Part shown: one piece after another, positions 1 through 7,207 of the stretch
How positions within the stretch are numbered: position 1 is the stretch's first letter
How the letters are laid out: the number at the start of each line of letters is the position of its first letter
Assembly (NCBI GenBank): GCA_051649785.1
Contig: JBOFHT010000009.1
Coordinates: 4,644 to 39,014, forward strand
Reading direction: 5' to 3'
DNA length: 34,371 bases
Origin: Methanobacteriaceae archaeon
Lineage (GTDB): Archaea > Methanobacteriota > Methanobacteria > Methanobacteriales > Methanobacteriaceae
Position numbers and translations under genes: made by a program
Notes under the pieces: model-generated
Seen by the model: only the letters and a program-made list of their open reading frames with translations
Told to the model about the DNA's origin: nothing
The model's database searches: none

Positions 1-1
1 T

Positions 2-136
2 GAAGAATTAAGAATTGTTTATGTTGCTATTACACGACCAAGAAAAATCTTACAGGTTGCTGTTCCTAAAAATGATGAAAAACAGTGGCTTGAATTTTTT
101 AATTCATATCAAACCTCTTTAAATAGTTTTTTTTAG
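2..136 (+). CDS. 3' end of a UvrD/REP-type (SF1) helicase gene, truncated by the window edge
   Basis: Frame 2 is open from position 2 and reads EELRIVYVAITRPRKILQVAVPKNDEKQWLEFFNSYQTSLNSFF*. The ELR-x-x-YVAITR-x-+ string matches the motif VI region near the C-terminus of UvrD/PcrA/Rep-like helicases. Confidence 0.55.
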   Translation, partial: EELRIVYVAITRPRKILQVAVPKNDEKQWLEFFNSYQTSLNSFF

Positions 137-224
137 AAAAAAAGAATTTATGATGGATTCTAAAAAATTGAAGTATGATAATACATAATTTAATTGCCCA
201 CACATACCATAATATTACAATAAG

Positions 225-1001
225 TCATTTATTTTCACCAATAATCTTCAAAGACCTTTTAGCTTCATTAACAATCATATTATCAGTGACATTATTACTA
301 TCACAATCATTACCACAGCTAACAATAAAACCCTCTAAAAACTCTCTACACTCCTCCAACGGAAATGCAGAAAAACACATAAATATCTTCCAAACAATTA
401 CATCTTCACCATTAACAACATCAACATTACCATCATCAGAATAATCAAATAAAAAGCTCAAAATAACATTAAAATTCTCAACAGTAGCTAAACTACTATT
501 ATAAAAAATAAGAAAACCAATAGCGTCTAAAACTTCAGAAATCTTAGCCTTATTCTTACTTTCTAAAACTGAAAATAAAACTTCTAAAACTTCACAATCC
601 ATTTTACCTAAAGTTCTTGCAATAATATCACGAGGTAATGGGTAGCTTTTTTTCTTAGAAACTTTATTAGGAATCTTTTTATGTTGGTTATTGCCAATTT
701 TTCCTAAATAATTAGTCATTAATTTAGCAGTAGTTTTATTTCCAGTTTCAAGAAAATTAAAAATTTCTAATCTAGTATATAGTGCTTTTTCAGTTGAGAG
801 AAGACTTAATAAAACATTTACATAATCTTTATTATTACAGCTGAATTTTTCAGAGAGTAATCTAACAGCTACTGTTCTTTCAACAGGATCATCTGATTTA
901 AGACAAACAAATAAAGATTCCTCTGAATAATCTTCAAATTTATTAATATCTCCTTCATCAATCATTCCTCTTTTTCTTAATTGGCTATTAGAACTTTTCA
1001 T
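225..1001 (-). CDS. HEAT-repeat protein, function unknown
   Basis: ORF 225..1022. HEAT-like helical repeats are visible (DPVERTVAVRLLSEKF; LLSLLSTEKALYTRLEIFNFLETG; PLPRDIIARTLGKMDCEVLEVLFSVLES...VLDAIGFL). AGGAG lies about 10 nt upstream of the second ATG (MKSSN...), so the start is placed at 1001 rather than 1022. Confidence 0.55.
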   Translation of the reverse strand: MKSSNSQLRKRGMIDEGDINKFEDYSEESLFVCLKSDDPVERTVAVRLLSEKFSCNNKDYVNVLLSLLSTEKALYTRLEIFNFLETGNKTTAKLMTNYLGKIGNNQHKKIPNKVSKKKSYPLPRDIIARTLGKMDCEVLEVLFSVLESKNKAKISEVLDAIGFLIFYNSSLATVENFNVILSFLFDYSDDGNVDVVNGEDVIVWKIFMCFSAFPLEECREFLEGFIVSCGNDCDSNNVTDNMIVNEAKRSLKIIGENK

Positions 1002-1055
1002 ATAAATTACTCCTGTAACCATTAATAATAATGGTAATAATACATAATCGTTATA

Positions 1056-1436
1056 TTAATATATTCTTTTTATATCATCAAATATATCAAAATCATAATC
1101 AAAACTAGCTATTTCATTAATTTCATTATTTATCATAAGAATATGACTTAAATTATCGAAAAACCCAACATTATTAATTAAAGTATCTTCTAATGCATTA
1201 CTATAATATATTCTATCTTCATAAACATTCATTTCTGTTAATTTTTCATAAATCCTATTAACTGTTTCATCATTTTGTTTTAATTTCCTTAAAACTGTTA
1301 ATGTTTCATATATAACCATTTCACTTATTACTATTTCTTTTTCATTAATATTTTCCATTATTTTTAAAGCTCTTTTATGATTTTGGACTTTTTCAACAAA
1401 AAAATTAACTAAAAAACTTGTTTCTAAAAATATCAT
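1056..1436 (-). CDS. vapC: PIN-domain toxin, VapC-like
   Basis: 126 aa of PIN-domain size and layout: MIFLETSFLV (first acidic position is E, not D), ISEMVIYE, FFDNLSHIL, SFDYDFD. It sits 8 nt downstream of a small RHH gene in the same orientation. Confidence 0.7.
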   Translation of the reverse strand: MIFLETSFLVNFFVEKVQNHKRALKIMENINEKEIVISEMVIYETLTVLRKLKQNDETVNRIYEKLTEMNVYEDRIYYSNALEDTLINNVGFFDNLSHILMINNEINEIASFDYDFDIFDDIKRIY

Positions 1437-1444
1437 AAATACAA

Positions 1445-1747
1445 CTATTTATTAGTATGTATGCTATCTATTACTTCAGTTACATCAATTTCTTCATCTA
1501 CTTTAACAATTCCCCCCATATCTTTTAAGCTTTTATACTTTTTACATGTAATTTTAGGTTTGGGTAATGTATCATTTATTAATTGAGCTTTTATTTTCCC
1601 TTTATTTTTACCAATATTTTCTAGTCCTTTGTTTATAAGCTCATTAATAATACTATTTTGACTTGTACCTTCTTTAACTGCCATAGATTTTATTTTAATT
1701 AATATATCTGTTGGAATCTTTATAGTAGTTGTTTTAGTTTCAATCAT
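1445..1747 (-). CDS. vapB: Ribbon-helix-helix (CopG/Arc-like) antitoxin, VapB-like
   Basis: The N-terminus TTIKIPTDILIKIKSMAVKEGTSQNSIINELINKGL fits a beta-strand/helix/helix RHH fold. 100 aa, immediately upstream of the PIN gene. Confidence 0.6.
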   Translation of the reverse strand: MIETKTTTIKIPTDILIKIKSMAVKEGTSQNSIINELINKGLENIGKNKGKIKAQLINDTLPKPKITCKKYKSLKDMGGIVKVDEEIDVTEVIDSIHTNK

Positions 1748-1880
1748 AATCTATCCACCCCAAAATATTATATAATTATATATTTGTATATTTATACATT
1801 TATATTTTTTTATACATATAATTCAACGAACTTATAAGATATTAAATTAATCATATCTACTCAAATCATTATACGACAAA

Positions 1881-2049
1881 ATATTAACAAAAATTACCAA
1901 AAAACATACCCCCCCCAACTAATAAAACAACCAAAAAAAACTAAACAAAAAAAATATTACCAAAAATTACCAAAAAACATACCCCCAAACTAAAAAAACA
2001 ACCAAAAAAAAAAACTAAACAACAAAAGATTACCAAAAATTACAAATAA
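1881..2049. repeat. Tandem repeat of about 73-75 bp, about 2.3 copies, nearly G-free on the + strand
   Basis: Copy 1 is 1881-1953 (atattaacaaaaattaccaaaaaacataccccccccaactaataaaacaaccaaaaaaaactaaacaaaaaaa). Copy 2 is 1954-2028 (atattaccaaaaattaccaaaaaacatacccccaaactaaaaaaacaaccaaaaaaaaaaactaaacaacaaaag). A partial copy 3 is 2029-2049. The + strand has only one G between 1876 and 2026. Confidence 0.85.
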
Positions 2050-2056
2050 TTATACT

Positions 2057-2602
2057 CTATTTAATTATTCCATAAATACAAGAATCTAAGAGTTTTCCAT
2101 TTTTATAAACATTGTTTCTTAAAACACCTTCTAAAACAAATCCTGCTTTTTCAAGTGCTTTTTGAGATCTAATATTATTAGAAAATGGTTCAGCATAAAT
2201 TCTAGCTATTTCATAATCCACGTATTTATTAAATCCACAAACATCCATATTATTGGTTTTAATATTATTAAATCCATTAAATGCCCAATTTACTACTTCA
2301 TTAATAGCTTTACTAATAATACCATTATTCCAGAAATCTTCACCTAACCAGTAGCCAAGTTCAACAGTCCTAAAATGAATATCTTCTTTAAAAGTCAATC
2401 CAATACAACCAACAGCATCACCATTAACATCAATAGCCAAAACAATAGAATTATCAAGATTATTAATAAACTCCTCAGCATCAGCTATAGAATACTGATG
2501 TGGAAAAGCATCTCTAAGATTATTAGCAATATTAATATTATTTGCATATTTAGCTATACTACCTGAATCATCTAAAGTTAATTTTCTTAATTTAAAATTC
2601 AT
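2057..2602 (-). CDS. GNAT family N-acetyltransferase (RimJ/RimL-like)
   Basis: 181 aa. The sequence LRKLTLDDSGSIAKYANN...ELGYWLGEDFWNNGIISKAINEVVNWAF...NIRSQKALEKAGFVLEGVLR matches the Acetyltransf_3/RimJ-type pattern. Confidence 0.8.
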   Translation of the reverse strand: MNFKLRKLTLDDSGSIAKYANNINIANNLRDAFPHQYSIADAEEFINNLDNSIVLAIDVNGDAVGCIGLTFKEDIHFRTVELGYWLGEDFWNNGIISKAINEVVNWAFNGFNNIKTNNMDVCGFNKYVDYEIARIYAEPFSNNIRSQKALEKAGFVLEGVLRNNVYKNGKLLDSCIYGIIK

Positions 2603-2774
2603 TAATTAAAGTATTGATTTAACATTATTTATATTTACTACTATAAGTCAGTATTATGAATATAAGAAAAGATATAATTATTATAAAAACAATAATATAA
2701 CAAAACTATTAGGAAAAATAAAAATTATTATAATGATTATGAATACAATGTTATAATTCATTTGAGGGGGTAGA

Positions 2775-5306
2775 ATGAATTCATATATAGCTGAAATTGA
2801 AGAATTGGAAAGAGAAATACAAGAAAGTTCTCGTAAATTAAAAGTTTTAAAATGTAAAACATTCCTTAAACCATTTGGAATGGAACATAGAAGGAATTTC
2901 AACTCTATTAGTAAAATTGATAAGATTTTAAAAGAAAAAAACATTTCATACTGGCATGGAAAAGAATATGTAAGATATTTAGGTGATTTTGAACTAGATG
3001 AAATGATAACATTTAGAATTACAGATTTAAAAGGTGAAAATATTACAAAAAATAAAATAAAATATGAGCATGCTGGAAAAATACATACAGCAGAAGATAG
3101 AATTAATTTAGAGTTATACAATCACCAAAATGAAGCGATAAAAGATTTAACTCAGTTAAGTGAAACCAATAGTCATTTTAAAACACTTCTCGTCTTACCA
3201 ACAGGTGCTGGAAAAACATTAACTGCTGTATATTGGTTGTTAAAACATTATACTAATCAAAATAAGAAAATTTTATGGATAGCTCATAGGCATGAGCTTT
3301 TAGAGCAAGCTAAAAAATCTTTTATAAATCTTGCTTATTCTGAGCTATTAACGAACAGAAGTTCTTTTAATTATCGTGTTATTTCAGGATTACATGATAG
3401 AGCTGTGAATATTGAAAATACTGATGATGTGATAATTGCAAGTAAAGATAGCTTAAATAAAGGTTGTGAATACCTTGAAAAATGGATAAGTCAAGAAGAT
3501 GATGTTATTTTAGTAATAGATGAGGCACATCATGCAACTGCAAAAACCTATAGAAAAATTATTGATAATATTGCTAAAACTACAGATAACTTTAAACTAT
3601 TAGGTTTAACAGCTACTCCATTTAGAACTGCTGAAAATGAGCAAGGTCTTTTAAAAAAAGTCTTTCTAGATGATATTGTTTATAAAATAGATTTAAGAGA
3701 ACTTATAAGTATTGAAATTCTTTCAAAACCTAATTTTGAAGAGTTAAAAACACATTTTGATATTACAAAGGAATTAGATGAGAAAACATTAGATAGAATA
3801 AAATATTTTGATATTGATAGTATTGGGGAAGGTGTAGCTGAAACAATTGCCAAAAATAAAGATCGTAATCATTTTATTGTTAAACAATATATTGAAAATA
3901 AAGATAAGTACAAACAAACATTAGTATTTGCATTAAATATTGATAATGCACTTGCATTAAATGCATTATTCCAAAATAAAGGTGTAAAATCAGATTATGT
4001 TGTTTCTGCAATTAAAGATGCCACAGGTAAGATAAATGTTGCACCTAAAGAAAATCAAAAAAATATTAAAAAGTTTCGTGAGGGTGATTTAGAAGTTCTT
4101 ATTAATGTAAATATCCTTACTGAAGGGATGGATTTACCTGAAACTCAAACAATTTTCTTAACACGCCCCACAATATCTTCTATATTAATGACACAAATGA
4201 TTGGTAGGGGATTGCGGGGTCCGAAAGCGGGAGGTTCAGAAGAACTTTATATTGTTAGCTTTATTGATGAATGGAAAGATAAAATTGCTTGGGTAAATCC
4301 TGAAAATCTCTTAATTGAAGAAGGTGCAGTATTCCCTACAGATTCACACAATAACCGAGAAATAATTCTTAGGTTAATTTCAATTGCTAAAATTGAAGAA
4401 TTTGCAAAAATTATGGATCGTACTGTAGATGCTGAATATATTGAGTCATTAGAATTTATGGATAGAATTCCAATAGGACTAATTTCATTTTCAATACTAA
4501 AAGCAAAAGGTGAAGAAGAAAATGAAAAAAATTGTAGAATACTTGTTTATGATAATATATTCCCATCTTATACCAATTTTCTTAATTCACTCCCAGAGTT
4601 CTTTAAAGAACATAAACTTGAAAATCAAGACTTTTTAGCTGAAGAAGAATTAGAAAGTTTATCAAAGAAAATAGAAAATAGATTCTTTTATGATTATGAC
4701 AAATATCCAGGATATTATATAGAAGATATAAAAGACATCTTATTTTATTATGCTCAGCATGAAAATATTCCAATATTCCTTAAATTAGAGGATAGAGATG
4801 ATTTAGATATAACTAAACTTGCAGATGAGATTTGTGAAAAGGATATGGGTCCTAAAAAGAAGAAAGATTTTTTAGATGAATCGTGGGATAATGACAAAAA
4901 TAAATGGGAAGCTTTCTTTGGATACGATAAAAAATATTTCATTAGTGAAGTTGATTTAGCTATAAATAAAATAGTTAATCCTGAGCAATATATAACTATA
5001 AAAAAACCATTTGTTGATGAAGAAGAAAGAAAATATGAAAAATTATCAATGAATGAATTAAGAGAATTTGATCCCGAATACTGTAAAAAACTAAGTGATG
5101 CAGTTTATAATAAATACACTGATGAAGACGGCTACTATTATAGTGCTATGAGCGGTAAAGCCAGTAGAAGTAAATATAAATTTGTATTCGAAATAGATCA
5201 TATTATCCCTATATCCAAGGGAGGATTAACTAAATTTGACAACTTGCAACTTTTAACAAGTGAAGAAAATAAAATAAAACGTGACCAAATGGAGGGATAT
5301 GAATGA
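2775..5306 (+). CDS. SF2 (ResIII/Rad25-like, DEAH) helicase fused to a C-terminal HNH endonuclease; the N-terminal (about 115 aa) and central (about 280 aa) regions are unassigned
   Basis: Strong RBS (GAGGGGG-N4-ATG). Helicase motifs: I LVLPTGAGKT (nt about 3198), Ia ILWIAHRHELLEQ, II VIDEAHH (nt about 3519), III GLTATPFR, V/VI LTEGMDLPE...QMIGRGLRG. HNH motif at the C-terminus: FEIDHIIPISKGGLTKFDNLQLLTSEENKIKRD (nt about 5190-5290). Confidence 0.9.
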   Translation: MNSYIAEIEELEREIQESSRKLKVLKCKTFLKPFGMEHRRNFNSISKIDKILKEKNISYWHGKEYVRYLGDFELDEMITFRITDLKGENITKNKIKYEHAGKIHTAEDRINLELYNHQNEAIKDLTQLSETNSHFKTLLVLPTGAGKTLTAVYWLLKHYTNQNKKILWIAHRHELLEQAKKSFINLAYSELLTNRSSFNYRVISGLHDRAVNIENTDDVIIASKDSLNKGCEYLEKWISQEDDVILVIDEAHHATAKTYRKIIDNIAKTTDNFKLLGLTATPFRTAENEQGLLKKVFLDDIVYKIDLRELISIEILSKPNFEELKTHFDITKELDEKTLDRIKYFDIDSIGEGVAETIAKNKDRNHFIVKQYIENKDKYKQTLVFALNIDNALALNALFQNKGVKSDYVVSAIKDATGKINVAPKENQKNIKKFREGDLEVLINVNILTEGMDLPETQTIFLTRPTISSILMTQMIGRGLRGPKAGGSEELYIVSFIDEWKDKIAWVNPENLLIEEGAVFPTDSHNNREIILRLISIAKIEEFAKIMDRTVDAEYIESLEFMDRIPIGLISFSILKAKGEEENEKNCRILVYDNIFPSYTNFLNSLPEFFKEHKLENQDFLAEEELESLSKKIENRFFYDYDKYPGYYIEDIKDILFYYAQHENIPIFLKLEDRDDLDITKLADEICEKDMGPKKKKDFLDESWDNDKNKWEAFFGYDKKYFISEVDLAINKIVNPEQYITIKKPFVDEEERKYEKLSMNELREFDPEYCKKLSDAVYNKYTDEDGYYYSAMSGKASRSKYKFVFEIDHIIPISKGGLTKFDNLQLLTSEENKIKRDQMEGYE

Positions 5307-6193
5307 ATATTAAAAAAATATTGATAATAGTCGGAATAGTATTTTTAGTCTGTGCATTTGCACTTAGTAGTGTGAATGCTGCAAGCTCAACAAAAACAGT
5401 CAAAATAAAATCAAATGATTTGAAGAGTTATGTGTATGTTAAAGATAAAAACGGAATAATAATGGATCGGGAAAAAACTGTAAAAAGTATGTACATTTAT
5501 GTTAAGGATTATAATTATGATTATAAAGACGGAGATGGCATTTATAAAGGGAGTTATATTAAAATATATCAAGGTGAAAAAGTAAAACCTTTAAAAGTCA
5601 CTGCTAAATTCAATAGAACTAATGCGAATGGTAAAAATACTACTGTTATTAAAACTGCAACAATATCTTTGAAAACTTATAATGGGGAATTTAATGGTGT
5701 TCTAGACATATATATTGATAATGGTACTTTCGATTCAGCGACAATATACTATAAAATTGTAAAAGTTGTTAAAATTACGAAATACAAATCTTATACATTC
5801 TCTCAGTCTAAAAATAAAGCAGATTATAGTACTACAAAATTATTAAGAGGAAATATATTTAATGGAAAGTTTAAAGTTAAGGGAGAAAGATATTGGAAAA
5901 GTTTTGCATATAGTTATAGTAGTGGAACTTATAATTATAACATATTAAAAGGAAGATTTAATAGTAAAACCTATCATACTATTGATGTGTGGGGTTTATA
6001 TGGTTCAGTTAACCCTACAATAACTATAACTTATCGAAAATTTAATTCTAATGGAAACCCAACAAGTACAAAAGATAAAAAGGTATTTAAAATCTCAAAA
6101 TATGGATTAACTTATAAATCAAAACTAAATTGGGTTCCAGAGAAAGTTGTGATTAAATATAAGATTAAACAGATTAAGTATGTGTATAAATAG
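5303..6193 (+). CDS. Exported or membrane-anchored protein of unknown function, rich in K/Y/N and beta-strand-like sequence
   Basis: The start ATG overlaps the helicase-HNH stop (ATGA at 5303-5306). The N-terminus MNIKKILIIVGIVFLVCAFALSSVNA/AS is a typical Sec signal peptide with an AXA-like cleavage site. The remainder alternates hydrophobic and polar residues, consistent with a beta-rich fold. Confidence 0.75.
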   Translation: MNIKKILIIVGIVFLVCAFALSSVNAASSTKTVKIKSNDLKSYVYVKDKNGIIMDREKTVKSMYIYVKDYNYDYKDGDGIYKGSYIKIYQGEKVKPLKVTAKFNRTNANGKNTTVIKTATISLKTYNGEFNGVLDIYIDNGTFDSATIYYKIVKVVKITKYKSYTFSQSKNKADYSTTKLLRGNIFNGKFKVKGERYWKSFAYSYSSGTYNYNILKGRFNSKTYHTIDVWGLYGSVNPTITITYRKFNSNGNPTSTKDKKVFKISKYGLTYKSKLNWVPEKVVIKYKIKQIKYVYK

Positions 6194-6293
6194 CAGCATA
6201 TTAGGAGATTTAAAAAGAGACTGTTAAAATATTAGCTGTTAGGAAAAATTAGTTATCTAAAACTCTTTTATTGGATAAATAGAGAATAATAAT

Positions 6294-6419
6294 ATGAAAA
6301 GCGAAGCTGATCTTCGAAGAGAAGTTGTGAAAAGCTTGATAAAGAATTTTGGTTCATTTGATGCTGGAAGATTTATAGATATTATTAAAAGAGATGAATT
6401 TGACTATAAACATGATTAG
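6294..6419 (+). CDS. Possible small ORF (41 aa), hypothetical
   Basis: The ATG..TAG ORF reads MKSEADLRREVVKSLIKNFGSFDAGRFIDIIKRDEFDYKHD and is below the ORF-track size cutoff. No clear RBS. It could be a gene remnant. Confidence 0.2.
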   Translation: MKSEADLRREVVKSLIKNFGSFDAGRFIDIIKRDEFDYKHD

Positions 6420-6565
6420 TGATAGTACAAATCCTAATTCATTAGATTACACTAAAACAGAGAATTATAAAAGAAGGAAATGAGTCCGTCACAAATTGTG
6501 ACCAACTGAATTACCCTATTGTGAGGTAAATATTATAAAGCTGAGGTATATATACTAAATGAGTA

Positions 6566-7207
6566 TTAAACATCATATTCCTTAATATATTCCTCAATTT
6601 GTTTATTTTCCCAATCATTACCAAAAACTTTCTTATCGGCATGAAAAAAAATCAAATATCTATAAAAGAGACTTAGTACTGAAAAAGTTAATATTAATTC
6701 AAAAAACAAAGTATTGTTGAAAATATTAGAAGAAGTATAATATAAAATAATATTAATTACAATAACATAAACTACTAAAAAATAAAACTTTTTTTTCTGC
6801 TTGTTTTTATCTTTATTAAATTTAGCATTAAGTTCTTCATTACTTGGGATTTCTTTTGTTTTCATATATTTTTTAAGCTTTTTAATTCCAGATTCTTCAT
6901 TTCTAAAACTTCTTTTTAATAGATATAGTTTAAAATATCTAAATCCTAAAAATATGAGAAAAACTGAGGTAATATATGAAAACATAAAAAGAGGAGAGTT
7001 CATAAACGCCATATTTGATGTAATATTAGATGAAGAAATATTTTCTCCAACTAAACTACCAATGTCCATTGTTACTAATGATCTACCTAGAAATGCAAAT
7101 CTAAGTACAATAATTGTGAATATGCCTATTGTAAATATAATTTGAAAATAAAATTGCCGAGTTTCCTCAACTACTATTTTAGCTCTTTGATATTTTGTAT
7201 CATTCAT
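6566..7207 (-). CDS. Membrane protein with two tandem 2TM-type modules
   Basis: 213 aa. Two units each consist of a basic stretch, then FYF, then two hydrophobic helices (YQRAKIVVEETRQFYFQIIFTIGIFTIIVL...; KDKNKQKKKFYFLVVYVIVINIILYY...). The protein ends with FGNDWENKQIEEYIKE, which resembles the 2TM domain family pattern recalled from memory. Confidence 0.6.
   Translation of the reverse strand: MNDTKYQRAKIVVEETRQFYFQIIFTIGIFTIIVLRFAFLGRSLVTMDIGSLVGENISSSNITSNMAFMNSPLFMFSYITSVFLIFLGFRYFKLYLLKRSFRNEESGIKKLKKYMKTKEIPSNEELNAKFNKDKNKQKKKFYFLVVYVIVINIILYYTSSNIFNNTLFFELILTFSVLSLFYRYLIFFHADKKVFGNDWENKQIEEYIKEYDV

Noticed and set aside
1876-2049. G-quadruplex formation by the minus-strand G8 and G5 runs of the tandem repeat.
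   Set aside because: There are only two substantial G runs about 70 nt apart, which is not enough closely spaced G-tracts for a canonical intramolecular quadruplex.
2681-3121. 146-aa hydrophobic ORF on the minus strand overlapping the helicase 5' end.
   Set aside because: It overlaps the strongly supported helicase-HNH start region and its RBS. Its composition (I/F/L/S-rich) is what the antisense of AT-rich coding DNA yields.
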